DNA of 64,000 nt, from positions 5,482,218-5,546,217 of the forward strand of contig CM119264.1 of NCBI GenBank assembly GCA_051294375.1, given 5' to 3'. This stretch comes from Paraspadella gotoi (taxonomy: Eukaryota; Animalia; Chaetognatha). The notes beneath the pieces were generated by a model. That model did no database searches. It had not been told where the DNA came from and worked only from the letters and a program-made list of their open reading frames with translations. Position 1 is the first letter of the stretch, and each line of letters opens with the position of its first letter. This document shows positions 50,255 through 64,000 of this stretch, piece by piece. The position numbers and the translations under genes are program-made.

Positions 50255-53200
50255 AGAGAGAGAGAGCTGGTTGCCAGTCGCTTTTTTTGAAAAATGACAC
50301 AACAACCCGTCTCTAGACACCTTTTCTTCTTTTCTCAGTTCTGAAGTAGAATTAAAAACATAAAAGGCTTAAAAAGGATTTTTGTTGTCTAGCTTAAGAA
50401 TTAACTTAAAAAAGTCGCTAGTATTAGTCTANNNNNNNNNNNNNNNNNNNNNNNNNAAAGGAGTGAAGAAAGAAAAGGAACGAGGGAATGAATAGAGGAA
50501 AGAAAAAAGAGGATGAAAATAAGAAAGAAAGAAAGAAAGAAAGAAAGNNNNNNNNNNNNNNNNNNNNNNNNNNNNNNNNNNNNNNNNNNNNNNNNNNNNN
50601 NNNNNNNNNNNNNNNNNNNNNNNNNNNNNNNNNNNNNNNNNNNNNNNNNNNNNNNNNNNNNNNNNNNNNNNNNNNNNNNNNNNNNNNNNNNNNNNNNNNN
50701 NNNNNNNNNNNNNNNNNNNNNNNNNNNNNNNNNNNNNNNNNNNNNNNNNNNNNNNNNNNNNNNNNNNNNNNNNNNNNNNNAAAGAAAGAAAGAAAGAAAG
50801 AAAGAAAAAAGGAAAGAAAGTAAGAAAAAAGGAAAGAAAAAAAGGAAAGAAAAAGATAGAAAGAAAAAAAGAAAAAAATATAATAAAAAAAAAGATAGAA
50901 AGAGTAAAAAAGAAAGAAAGAAGGACACAGAGAAAGAATGAAAGAAAGAAAAACGAAGAGAAAAAAAGAAAGAAAAACGAAGAGAAAAAAAGAAAGAAAG
51001 AAAAAAGGCTTGTGGAAAGTGGAATACAAATTCCGCACCCGGGAATTGAGGAGGAAATGAGATACATGAAGAATGAAGTGAATTTCTCTCTCTCTCTCTC
51101 TCTNNNNNNNNNNNNNNNNNNNNNNNNNNNNNNNNNNNNNNNNNNNNNNNNNNNNNNNNNNNNNNNNNNNNNNNNNNNNNNNNNNNNNNNNNNNNNNNNN
51201 NNNNNNNNNNNNNNNNNNNNNNNNNNNNNNNNNNNNNNNNNNNNNNNNNNNNNNNNNNNNNNNNTCTCTCTCTCTCTTTCTCTCTCCCGCTTTTTCTTCA
51301 TACCCTTTTTTTCGAGAAAAATTATTTATTTTATGGAGGGAGTTTTCCTATTAAAACTCACCAAAAAAGGTGAGGTGGAGAGAGGATTGGTTAATAAACA
51401 CGAAGAAGAGAAAAGAGTGCATACTAGAACACCTGAGGTACACAAACAAGAACACGAAATAATAAAGAATAAACATTTCAAAAGGGACCAACAATTAACC
51501 TAAAAAACAGACAACATTTATAAAAGCAAAAACTAAAGAGAAGCGAAGGGGAAAAAAACTATTAATGAGAAGAACAAAAGAGAAAAAAGAAGGGAAAGAG
51601 GTGGTGAGTGAATGCGAGTACGTAGAGTCGCGCTGTCAAGGATAGAAATTCCATGCTACCCTCCCCCCCGACCCTTCCTACCCCCACTCCTGACTCCAAA
51701 AATTGGGCGTACTGCGAGAGAAAAGGAAAAGAAAAGAGAGAAAAAAAGAGGAGTGAAGAAAGAAAAAGAATGAATAAGGCAGAAGTGAGAGAAGAGAGGA
51801 TGAAAATAAGAAAAAAAGAAAGAAAGAAGAAAGAAACGAAAGAAAAAAGAAAGAGAGAAAGGAAAAAGAAAGAATAAAAAAATGGAAAATATCTATGAAG
51901 AAAGGAAAGGAAAGAAGAAAGAAAGAAAGAAAGAAAGAAGAAAAGGAGCAAAGATAGAAGGAAAGAAATATGATAAACGAAAGAAGAAAGAAGCAAAAAG
52001 CAAGAAAGAAAGAAAGAAAAGAAAGAAAGAAAAAGAAGAAAAGGAAAACCATGCGATTTAGAAAGAGTTGAAGTCAGAGAGGTAGAAAAGACTAGAAAGC
52101 ACAGCTCATATATATTTCATAAAAATCCCACCCCCCACGAGATCACACCCCCACGAATCGGTATATATGCATAAGCAGAGTATGAGCAAAGCACCATGAA
52201 AGAAGATCAAGTCGGATACGAGTACGAAAAAAAAAGAAAGAAAAGAAGAACGAAGAGAAAAAAAAAAAACGAGAGAAAAGAAAGGAAAAAAGGCTTGATG
52301 GAAAGCGGAATACAAATTCCGCACCCGGGGAAATTGAGGAGGAAATTGAGATACGTATAAAATGAAGTGAATTTCGTTTTCTTCTTCTTTCTCTCATCTC
52401 TCTCTCTTCTCTTCTCTCTCCTCTCTCTCTTCTTCTCTTCTCTCTCTCTCTCTCTCTCTCTCTTCTTTCTCTCTGCTTTTTCTTCATACCCTTTTTTCGA
52501 GAAAAAATTCATTTTATTTTTATGGAGGGATTTTCCTATAAACTCAGCCCAAAAAGAATTTGATAAATTAAAATATTTCCCCTCTCTCCAACTGTAATCA
52601 AAAAGTATAAGCATTAGATTGATAAATAGACCAAAACTGAAACAGACCGCATGTCCGTTTGTTCTAGATTTTTTTACAGAAAGCTCTTTGTTTTCTTTCG
52701 CGAAAAAACTGGAAGTCTTTCGTCTTTTTTTTTTTTTTTTTTTGGAAAGCCTTTCGACNNNNNNNNNNNNNNNNNNNNNNNNNACGAAACGAATAAAAGT
52801 GTAAAAGTCATGGAAAGAGACGACGGCTAAGCCGTAAACGAAAAGAAAAAAGAGAGGCAGAGAAAAAAGGGAGGAAAAAGACAAGAAATATAAAGAAAAG
52901 AAGGAAATAGAAAAGAAAAGAAAAGAAAAGAAGGCGTAAAAAATGTAGACTTTGAGGATGCCATCAATTTTACGAGGAATCAANNNNNNNNNNTTTTTGT
53001 CGTCCCAGCCAAACGGAAACGGTCTTAGAGAAAAGCGGGGAAAAAAATTGGGGGTAATTTTGAAGAAATAAAACACGAAATCCAAACAAACAAACAAACA
53101 AACCATCAAACGCACACCCAGGGCGTGCGAGGCGCTTGATATTGCATAAGTGTTGATCCGAACGTTCACGAGATGAGTCGTAAGCAATCCGAGAAATTTT

Positions 53201-54852
53201 AATTCCACCTTTCGCCAAAGGAGGCGTTTCCCGGTTTGCAATACGGAATCGGAAGAGGAACGGGTTCAACTGTAGAGGGCGGGCGGGCGTCGAGACTTCT
53301 ACGCTTCATAGCGCTTCATTTCAGCTCATCTCTTTTCCCATCGTATTTATATGTCATTTCATCACAAAGACTTCGTCTTATCTCGATCTTTCTCGATCCA
53401 AATTTATATCCGAATTCCCTTTAGCGAAGATTTTCTATCAAAAACATTTTGCATCTCAGACAATCTGCCCAACATTATCCAAGATCACCGACAGTCAATC
53501 ATCTCATATTTACCATCATATTACCACTTCATGGATTCCCTCCCATTTTCAATTTCCCATCTCACGTTGCATCTCCCATCCTCATTTCCCACTCCATGGA
53601 TTCCCTCCCATTTTCTAATTCCCATCTCCCATTCTCATTTCCTAACTTCCTCGATTCCATCTGATTTTCCCTCTCCCATCTCATTCCGACGGCTTTCATT
53701 CCACAATTACTCAGCCCCTCCCCCGGGCCCGCACCTTTTCCCTCGATAATCTCTCACCCCCCCCCCCATTTCGCAACTTCGCGACGATCGAATTATTTAT
53801 GGGCGACATTAAATTTCTTGGAAATTCTGGGAAATTACCCGAGGCCTCTTCTTTTTTTCGGGCCTCTTGGAACTGAGCTGTCGCGAAGATGACGCAAAGA
53901 TTGCACGAGGACGACTTTGATGAGTTGACGAGGAGATGATGAGAGGATGAGGAGAAGATGATGAAGAGAAGACGAGGAAATGATGAGGAGATGATGAGGA
54001 GAAGACTAGTAGATGGGATGATGACTAGGATATTATGTAGATGGTGACGCGCAGTGAGATAGAAAGAAATTGACGAGGAGATGACGACAATATTATGAGG
54101 AGATGACGATTTAGAAATAGAATGAGACTGAGAACAGAGAGAGAGAAATTCAGAGAGAGAGAGAGACAGAGATAGACAAAGAGAGAGAGATAGAGTCGAA
54201 GAGACGAAAGGTAAAGAACTAAGCGAGGAAAGAGAATCGTGAAAAAGTTATGAGGTTGGGAGGCGCGATCGTCGCCCGCGTCCCTCGCTTGTCAAAACAA
54301 AGAGGAAATTTACAATCGGTTGGTTTCGTCGTTTTCCTCCCTCCTTATCGGCCTAATCTACGACCCGGCCGGGACCCCGTTGCCGCAGCAGCCGTCGCAG
54401 CCGCCGCCGCTACCGTCGCAGCCGAGGCGGCCACCGCTGTCGCAGCCGCCGCTGCTGTCATCTCATCTTCATCCGACTCGAAATCGTTTTTTTCCTTTTG
54501 TTTTTTTTTCCTTGTCTATTTACCTGTGACCCACTTTCGACTTTGCGGAAGAACTGTCATGACGCATTGTTATTACGAACTGTCATGGGGAACCGTCATG
54601 GTGAATGTTTATTGTCAACTGTCACGTCGGCGAGACCTTAGTTGAAACACTCATTGCGTACTGTCACCAAAAAGCAGTTGCGTAAAAGGGACGAGCTCAA
54701 TATTTTCGATTAAAGTCTTCGTTAGATCAATGACGATACAGAATGATAATAATAACTGGTGACCAAGATGTTGATCGATTAAACAATCTAACTCACCCTA
54801 CTCCCCCCCTCTTCGCCTCCCCCCTTACCACCTCTCTCCTCTTCAAACTCAC

Positions 54853-55216
54853 TTCTGACGAGGATGCTCCTCCCCGACCCTCCGCCGTCTCCGATCCTCA
54901 GCGTCGGAGGGCGTTGCTGTTGCGACGGAAGTTGCTGTAGCGACGGAAGTTGCTGTAGCGACGGAAGCCGATGCTGGGGCGACGACGGGCGCTGCTGGTG
55001 TGGTGGCGCGTGACGAAAGGACGATTGATCGAAGCTGAAGGCGAAGTGAGGGGCGGAGTCCGTCGGTGGGCGGGGCTGCGAGCCAGGCCGGCCAGGCGGG
55101 CGCGGCTGCGGGCCTGAAGGGGCGAGTTGGCGCGGAGGGCGAAGGGGCGAGTCTGTTGAGGAGGGAGACTCGTCGTCGTCGCACATTCCGCCCACGAGGA
55201 GGAGGAGGAAGAGGAT
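54853..55216 (-). CDS. IgSF gene exon A: C-terminal part of signal peptide plus Pro/Gln/Ser-rich N-terminal extension (best copy)
   Basis: Acceptor ccccctttttcag|ATC and donor AGAA|gtgagt; 364 nt, open in phase 0 to phase 1: ILFLLLLVGGMC-DDDESPSSTDSPLRPPRQLAPSGPQPRPPGRPGSQ...LPSLQQLPSLQQLPSQQQRPPTLRIGDGGGSGRSILVR. Phase matches exon B (A|GC = Ser). Confidence 0.75.
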
Positions 55217-55343
55217 CTGAAAAAGGGGGATGGAAGTGGACGATCATTCGATCAATCGATCAATCGATCTATCAATCGTTCAAACTGTCGTTGTCAATAT
55301 CGGTTTTTCTTCACTTGTCCTAAACTATAACGTCTCTTTTCTC

Positions 55344-55432
<89 letters not shown>

Positions 55433-55737
55433 CTCTCTCGCCCACGTCCCGTATCTCTCTCCTACTTCTCTCTTTCAGACGACAGGCAAAATCTACAGAC
55501 TGAAAAAACTTAACCTTTTGATTTCTTTCTTTTTTTTCTTTTTTTTTCTTTTTTTTTTCTTGTAATGGGCAAAATCGCTGAACCCGAGCGATCCTGATAA
55601 AATGGATGAGACAGCAAAAAAATGAAATGGGAGATATCGAAAAAATGGAAACAATGCCACATAGTTTATCCATACTCTTTTGAGGTGATAGAGAAAGAGA
55701 AGAGAGAGAGTAGACAGAGGAGAGAGAGAGAGAGAGA

Positions 55738-55784
<47 letters not shown>

Positions 55785-56683
55785 ACCACACTCTCAGGGA
55801 CTGGATTAAAAAAAATTTTCATGTTTTCCAAATATTGTGAAGAAAACTCAGTACTGAGTCAGTAGTCGAGGCGGGAGAAGAAGAAAAAAAGCCTCATAAA
55901 TTTTCTCTCCCTTTTTTTTCTTGGCTCTTAATCCATTCATCCTTCGGTCCGTCGGTGCAGTGCCGGGCCGCAGTGCCGGTGCAGTGCCGGTGCAGTGCCG
56001 GAGTGGCGGGCACCAGAGTAAATTCGAAATTTATTTATTTCTTCGGGGACGGGTGGAGACTGGCGGTAGAGAGAGCCTCGCTATCATTTATTTATTGAAA
56101 TTTTAAGTATTTTTCTTTTTCTTTTTTATTCTATCATTTTATTCATTTATTCATTCGTTAATTTATCGATTTACTCGTATTTTTATACGTACATTCATTT
56201 ATTCCTTTATACTTTCATATACATTTTAATTTATTTATTTCTAATTTCAAGAGTTAAGAGATCATTTTCCAATCGGTTTAACTTTAACGTCCTCTACCGG
56301 CTATAAACTTCGCCGTCGCAATAAACATAAAACAAGGAAGCAACAACTTTTTCTTCGAATCTGGCGCCAACGAGTTCCGTCCCATGAAAGATACCAGAGT
56401 CCACGATGCCATTCGTGACAAGATAAGTCAAGATTCTCTGCTCCGCCTTTTACGATGCCATATCAAGCTGCGCAACCATTCGCTACGCCCTCAACCGCGA
56501 CGTGAGCTCTTTTGATGCCACCGCTCGCGATGCCATAGACCGCAACCTGGATTCCATTTCCCCATGCGCGTCTCGACAGTCGCGGGATTTTGGCTCCGAG
56601 GTAATGACGCGATGGCAGACGCCGATTTCATTTCCGCTCCCTCATAAATCACAAAAATGAGAATTTTAAACTCTGAGCGCCGA

Positions 56684-56725
<42 letters not shown>

Positions 56726-58656
56726 GGTTGCCGTCGCTTTTTTGAAAAATACAACCCCGTCTCTAGACACCTTTTTCTTTTCTCGCTTCTGAATGACATT
56801 AAAAAGGATTTTTGTTGTCTTAAGATTACTAAAAAAAAAGTCGCATGTATTAGTTTAAAAATATTACAAAAAATAAACATGTATATTAGCAATTCAAGGA
56901 AACTCAGATTTTTATTTGGCTAAAAAAAAGAGCAACGAATCATGAAGCGTAAAACAAAAGAAGGAACGTTCGTGCGAATCGTAAGACCATCAGAAAAACC
57001 TATTCACTCGATTCGATGCCGTGAAAAAGAAATGGTGAGGTGGAGAGAGGATTGGTTAATAAACACGAAGAAGAGAAAAGAGTGCATACTAGAACACCTG
57101 AGGTACACAAACAAGAACACGAAATAATAAAGAATAAACATTTCAAAAGGGACCAACAATTAACCTAAAAAACAGACAACATTTATAAAAGCAAAAACTA
57201 AAGAGAAGCGAAGGGGAAAAAAACTATTAATGAGAAGAACAAAAGAGAAAAAAGAAGGGAAAGAGGTGGTGAGTGAATGCGAGTACGTAGAGTCGCGCTG
57301 TCAAGGATAGAAATTCCATGCTACCCTCCCCCCCGACCCTTCCTACCCCCACTCCTGACTCCAAAAATTGGGCGTACTGCGAGAGAAAAGGAAAAGAAAA
57401 GAGAGAAAAAAAGAGGAGTGAAGAAAGAAAAAGAATGAATAAGGCAGAAGTGAGAGAAGAGAGGATGAAAATAAGAAAAAAAGAAAGAAAGAAGAAAGAA
57501 ACGAAAGAAAAAAGAAAGAGAGAAAGGAAAAAGAAAGAATAAAAAAATGGAAAATATCTATGAAGAAAGGAAAGGAAAGAAGAAAGAAAGAAAGAAAGAA
57601 AGAAGAAAAGGAGCAAAGATAGAAGGAAAGAAATATGATAAACGAAAGAAGAAAGAAGCAAAAAGCAAGAAAGAAAGAAAGAAAAGAAAGAAAGAAAAAG
57701 AAGAAAAGGAAAACCATGCGATTTAGAAAGAGTTGAAGTCAGAGAGGTAGAAAAGACTAGAAAGCACAGCTCATATATATTTCATAAAAATCCCACCCCC
57801 CACGAGATCACACCCCCACGAATCGGTATATATGCATAAGCAGAGTATGAGCAAAGCACCATGAAAGAAGATCAAGTCGGATACGAGTACGAAAAAAAAA
57901 GAAAGAAAAACGAAGAGACAAAAAACGAAAAGAAAGAAAACAAGGCCTTGTGGAACAGTGAATACAAATTCCGCACCCGGTGAAATTGAGGCAGCGAAAT
58001 GAGATACATAAAATGAAGTGAGTTTTTTTTCTTTTCTCATCTCTTCTTTTCTCTCATCTCCTCTCTCTCTTCTCTCTTCTCTCTTCTCAGTCTCTCTCTC
58101 TTTTTTCTCTCTGTTTTTCTTCATAGCTTTTTTCGAGGTAAAAAATTCATTTTATTTTTATGGAAGGGATTTTCCTATAACTCACCCAAAAAAATTGATA
58201 ATAAAAATTTCCCCTCTCTCCAACTGTAATCTCAAAAAGTATAAGATTAGATTGATAAATAGACAAACTGAAACTAGACGCATGTCGTTTGTTTAAGATT
58301 TGTTTTAGCAGAAACTCCTTGTTTTCTCTTTCGGAAAAACTTGGAAGTCTTCGGTCTTTTTTTTTTTTTTTTTTTTGGAAAAGCCTTTCGACACGAAACG
58401 AATAAGAGTGGTAAAAGTCATGCGGAAAAGAGACGACGGGCTAAGCCTAACGAAAAGAAAAAAGAGAGGCCAGAGAAAAAAAGGGAGGAAAAAGACGAAA
58501 GAAATATAAGAAAAAAGGAAATAGAAAAAGAAAAGAAAAGAAAAGAAGGCGTAAAAAAATGTAAAACCTTTGAGAGCCATCATTTTACGAGGAATCCAAA
58601 TAGAAAAAGGAGACGCCGGTCGATTTCAACTCCGAAAGAGAGAGAGAGAGAGAGAT

Positions 58657-58729
<73 letters not shown>

Positions 58730-60729
58730 AAGGGAAAAGGAAAGACGGCAGAGTGAGAATGAGCTAACCCCTTTTTGGTCGTCCCAGCCAAACGGAAACG
58801 GTCTTAGAGAAAAGCGGGGAAAAAAAATTGGGGGTAATGTTTGAAGAAGATAAAACACGAAAATCCAAAACAGACAATAACAAACAAACCATCCAACGCA
58901 CACCTCAGGGCGTGCGAGGCGCTTGATATTGCATAAGTGTTGAATCCGATACGTTTCACAGAGATGAGATCCGTAGAGCAAAATCCGAGAAATTTTAATC
59001 CATACCTTCTCGCGCAAAAGGAGGCGTTCCCGGTTTGCAATTACTTTGATACTTGATTATTGAGGAACGGGTTCAACTGTAGAGGCGGGCGGGCGTCCGA
59101 GACTTCTACGCTTCATAGCGCTTCATTTCAGCTCATCTCTTTTCCTATCGTTTTATATTCATTTCATCAACAAAACTTCGTCTTTATCTCGATCTTTCTC
59201 GATCCAAAATTATATCCGAATTCCTCTTTAGCGAAAGATTTTTCTATCCAAAACATTTTTGATCTCAGACAATCTGCCCAACATTATCGCCAAGATCACC
59301 GACAGTCAATCATGCTCTCATTTTACCATCATAATTAACCACTTCATGATTCCCTCCCATTTCAAATTTCCCATATCACGTTGCAAATCTCATCCTCATT
59401 TCCCACTCCATGGATTCCCTCCCATTTTCTAAATTCCGGCATCTGTCCCATTCTCATTTCCTAAACTTCCCTCGATTCCATCTGATTTTTCCTCTCCCAT
59501 CTCATCCGACGGCTTTCATTCCACAATTACTCAGCCCCTCCCCCGGGCCCGCACCTTTTCCCTCGATAATCTCTCACCCCCCCCCCCATTTCGCAACTTC
59601 GCGACGATCGAATTATTTATGGGCGAACATTTAAATTTCTTGGAAATTCTGGGAAATTACCGCGAGGCCTCTTCTTTTTTTCGGGGCCTGCTTGGAACTG
59701 AGCTGTCGCGAAGATGACGCAAAGATTGCAACGAGGACGACTTTGATGAGTTGACGAGGAGTATGATGAGAGGAATGAGGAGAAGATGATGAAGAAAGAC
59801 GAGGAAATGATGAGGAGATGAATGAGGAAGAAAGACTAGTAGATGGGATGATCTAGGATTATTAATTATGATGGTGACGCGCAGTGAGATAGAAAGAAAT
59901 TGACGAGGAGATTGAGAAGACAATATTAGTGAGGATATTGACGATTTAGAAATAAGTAATGAGACTGAGAACACGAGAGAGAGAAATTCAGAGAGAGAGA
60001 GAGACAGAGATAGACAAAGAGAGAGAGATAGAGTCGAAGAACGAAAGGTAAAGAACTAAGCGAGAAAGAGAATCGGTGAAAGAAGTTATGAGGTTGGGAG
60101 GCCGCGGATCGTCGCCCGCGTCGCCTCGCTTGTCAAAACAAAGAGGAAAATTTACAATCCGGTTTGTTTCGTCGATTTTCCTCCCTCCTTATCGGCCCTA
60201 AATGCTAACGACCCGGCCGGGACCCCGTTGCCTCCGGCAGCAGCCGTCGCAGCCGCCGCGCTACCGTCGCAGCCGAGGCGGCCACCCAGCTGTCGGCACC
60301 GCCGCTGCGTCATCTCATCTTCATTCCGACTCGAAATCGTTTTTTTCCTTTTGTTTTTTTTTTCCGTTGTCTAATTTTACCTGTGACCCCACTTTCGACT
60401 TTGCGGAAGAACTGTCATGAAACGCATTGTTATTACGAAACTGTCATGGGGAACCGTCATGGTGAATGTTTATTGTCAACTGTCACGTCGGCGAGACCTT
60501 AGTTGAAACACCTCCATCATTGCGTAATGTCACCAAAAAGCAGTTGCGTAAAAGGGAACGAGCTCAAATTTTTCGATTAAAAGTCTTCGTTAGATCAATG
60601 ACGATACAAGAAATGATAATAAATAACTGGTGACCAAAGATGTTTGATGCGATTAAATACAATCTAACTCACCCTACTCCCCCTCTCTTCGCCCTCCCCT
60701 TAAACCACCTCTCTCCTCTTCAAACTCAC

Positions 60730-61106
60730 TCTGACGAGGATGCTCCTCCCCGACCCTCCGCCGTCTCCGATCCTCAGCGTCCGGAGGGCGTTGCTGTTGC
60801 GAACGGAAGTTGCCTGTAGCGACGGAAGTTGCTGTAGCGGACGGAAGCGATGCTTGGGCGCGAACGACGGGCGCTGGGCTGGCTGTGGTGGCGCCGTGAC
60901 GAAGGACGAATTGGATCGAAGCTGAAGGCGAAGTGAGGGGCGGAGTCCGTCGGTGGCGGGGCTGCGAGCCAGGCCGGCCAAGGCGGGCGCAGCTGCGGGC
61001 CTGAAGGGGCGAGTTGGCGCGGAGGGCGAAGGGGCGAGTCTGTTGAGGAGGGCAGACTCGTCGTCGTCGCACATTCCCGCCCACGAGGAGGAAGAGGAAG
61101 AAGGAT
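60730..61106 (-). pseudogene. Indel-corrupted third copy of exon A (likely assembly duplicate)
   Basis: Colinear with 54853-55216; frameshifted, with MCDDDES and LRIGDGGGSGRSILVR still readable. Confidence 0.6.
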
Positions 61107-61277
61107 CTGAAAGGGGGATGGTAAGTGGACGAGATCATTCGATCAATCGATCAATCGATCTATCAATCGTTAAAACTGTCGTTGTCAATATCGGTTTTTC
61201 TTCACTTGTCCTAAACTATAACGTCTCTTTTCTCTTCTCTCTTTCTCTCTCTCTCTCTCTCTCTTCCTCTCTCTCTA

Positions 61278-61309
<32 letters not shown>

Positions 61310-61637
61310 TCCTCTCTCTCTCTCTCTTCTCTTCTCGCCCACGTCCGTATCTCTCTCCTACTTCTCTCTTTCAGATACGAACAGGCAAAAATCTACAGAC
61401 TGAAAAAACTTAACCTTTTGGATTTCTTTCTTTTTTTTCTTTTTTTTTTTCTTTTTCTTTTTTTCTTTTTTTGTAATGGGCAAAAATCGCTGATACCCGA
61501 GCGATCCTGACATAAATGGAATGAGAACAGCAAAAAAATGAAAAAAGGGAAGATATCGAAAAAATGGAAACAATGCCACATAGTTTATCCATACTCTTTT
61601 GAGGCTGATAGAGAAAGAGAAGAGAGAGAGTAGACAG

Positions 61638-61717
<80 letters not shown>

Positions 61718-62675
61718 AGAGCCTACCACACCTCAGGGACTGATTAAAAAAAAATTTTCATGTTTTCCAAATAATTGTGAAGAAAACTCAGTAACTGAGT
61801 CAGTAGTGCGAGCGGAGAAGAAGAAGAAAAAGCCCTCATAAATTTGTCTCTCCTTTTTTCGTTGGCTCTTAATCTATTCATCTATCGGTCCGTCGGTGCA
61901 TGCCCGGGCCGCAGTTGCGGTGGCAGTGGCCGGTGGCAGTGCGGAGTGGCGGGCACAGAGTAAATTCGAAATTTATTTAATTTCTTCGGGGACGGTGGAA
62001 GACTGGCGGTAGAGGAGAGCCCTGCGCTATCATTTATTTATTAGAAATTTTTAAGTATTTTCTTTTTCTTTTTTTATTCTATTCATTTATTCATTTATTC
62101 ATTCGTTTAATTTATCGATTAATCGTAGTTTTTATACGTACATTCAGTTTATTCCTTTATACTTTCATATACATTTTATCTTATTTATTTTTCTAATATT
62201 CAAGAGTTAAGAGATTCAATTTTCCAATCGGTTTAAACTTTAACGTCCTCTAGACCGCTAATAAACTTCGCCGTCGCAAATAAACATAAAAACAAGGAAG
62301 CAACAACTTTTTCTTCGAATCTGGCCGCCACGAGTTCGCGTCCCATGAAAGATACCAAGTCCACGAGCCATTCGTGACAAGATAAGTCAAGATTCCTGCT
62401 TCCGCCTTTCGATGCCATATCAAGCTGAGCAACCTTCGCTATTCGCCCTCAACCGCGACGTGAGCTCTTTTGATGCTAACCGCTCGCGATGCCATAGGAC
62501 CGCCAAACTGGTCCATTTCCCCATGCGCGTCTCGACAGTCCGGGATTTTGGCATCTCGAGGTAATGACGCGAATGGCTAGACGCCGATTTTCATTTCCGC
62601 TTCCTCATAAATCACAAAAATGAGAATTTTATAACTCTGAGCGCCCGAGCAAGAGAGACGAGAAGAGAGAAGAGA

Positions 62676-62745
<70 letters not shown>

Positions 62746-63712
62746 AGAGAAGAGAGAGCTGGGTTGCCGTCGCTTTTTTGAAAAAATACAACCCCGTCTC
62801 TAAGACACCTTTTTCTTTTCTCGCTTCTGAATGACATTAAAAAGGATTTTTGTTGTCTTAAGATTCTAAAGTCGCATGTATTAAGTTTAAAAATAATTAA
62901 AAAATAAACATGTATATTAAGCAATTCAAGGAAACTCAAGATTTTTATTTGGCTAAAAAAAGAGAGCAACGAATCATGAAGCGTAAAAATAAAAAGAAGG
63001 AACGTTCGGTGCGAAATCGTAAGACCCATCAGAAAAAGCCTATTCACTCGATTCGATGCCGGAAAAAGAATATGGCAAATAAGAGAGAGAGAGAGAGAAG
63101 AAGAGAGAGAGAGAGAGAGAGAGAAGAGAGAAGAGAGAGAGAGAGAGAGAGAAAAGAGAGAGAGAGAGAGAGAGAGAGCGAATAAAAAGAAAGTTGTCGC
63201 CCGGAGGCGAGAGCCGTTTCCAGTTATCGCGATTTTTTTTTTTCCAGCGCCCAAAGCGTCGCTCGCGANNNNNNNNNNNNNNNNNNNNNNNNNTCGGCGA
63301 AGGAGGTTATCTGGGTTCCATGGGGTCGAAAGGAAGCGATTAATTTCAATTTGAATATTTATTTTAATTTTAATAGAGAAGTCCTTTTTTATTAGAATCT
63401 TTTGTGAATAATTCGATTCTTACGTAATCTAAAAGATCCTTTCTTCTTTCGTGTCAGAGTCGTTCTTTTCAAGAGCAATTTCTTCTTGAGACTGGGCGAA
63501 CAAAAATGGCGAAATTGATAATTTATTTCTTTTCAAATGTTTTACTAGTGAATGGGTCCGAAATGGGTTTTTTTTTTTGTTATAGAATATGAAATATTAA
63601 AACTTCAAACAACTACTCTTTTTCACCACAGGTTCGCTGCTGCTTTCAAAAGTTTCTAATTTCTATTTCACGTCTGAAGCAGTAAAATTTGACTCGACTG
63701 AGAAAGGAATGA

Positions 63713-63774
<62 letters not shown>

Positions 63775-64000
63775 CGAGCTACTTGCCAGGCTTTTTTTGA
63801 GTAAACCAAAACGATTAGCAGAAGTCATTAAAGTGAAGCTGCTAACTTGACGGTGGAGAGAGGAGGGTGTCGCAAGATGGAGAAGGAGATGCTGGAGAGA
63901 GTAGAAGATGGAGAGAGGAAAGATGGAGAAGAGTGTTGACATTTGATGGGGTGAATAAAGAAAAAGGAAATGTTGGAGAAAAAGGATGGAGAAAGAAAAT

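Larger units (their letters stand above)
46720..63070. repeat. Approximately threefold repeated unit of about 5.7 kb (46720-50431, 51369-57033, 57034-63070) containing exon A; part also matches 33250-34711
   Basis: Colinear blocks. 51369-52250 and 57034-57915 appear essentially identical at offset 5665 (identical ORFs 51562..51996 and 57227..57661); other parts differ by indels. Confidence 0.85.

Noticed and set aside
54375-54460. Poly-Ala ORF on the plus strand
   Set aside because: GCC/GCA-derived repeat without convincing start or splice context, antisense to the Ig gene intron.
46720-63070. rDNA intergenic spacer or true tandem gene array
   Set aside because: No rRNA sequence is present; copy differences are read-type indels and one long segment is pasted identically.

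Overview
Eukaryotic DNA, most likely from an invertebrate animal (taxon cannot be determined). It is AT-rich, packed with (GA/TC)n, (TCG)n and purine-rich low-complexity tracts, and looks like a draft assembly patched with error-prone long reads (many N gaps, six of exactly 25 N, indel-rich near-duplicate segments). Almost all ORFs in the track are microsatellite artefacts. The main real signal is one large multi-exon gene on the minus strand, which I reconstructed by hand from canonical AG/GT splice sites and compatible exon phases. It encodes the end of a signal peptide plus a Pro/Gln/Ser-rich N-terminal extension (54853-55216), then a complete V-type Ig domain (35153-35236, 34737-34802/31293-31403, 30687-30807), the second half of a C2-type Ig domain (16994-17159) and a third Ig domain (16816-16906, 16091-16213), followed by less certain 3' exons (14620-14745, 12918-13041, 12165-12304 and others). 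The product is an unnamed immunoglobulin-superfamily cell-surface or secreted protein. Its ATG exon, one Ig2 exon and its membrane anchor are not visible. Several exons occur in 2-3 copies, most likely from assembly overfill. The introns and flanks hold minisatellites (including a near-perfect 33-bp array that could encode a hendecad coiled coil), a degraded I-group LINE 5' end with a related short element, and a degenerate hammerhead-like motif inside an inverted repeat. I found no rRNA, tRNA, CRISPR array or prokaryotic system, and no well-supported novel system beyond the unnamed Ig gene.
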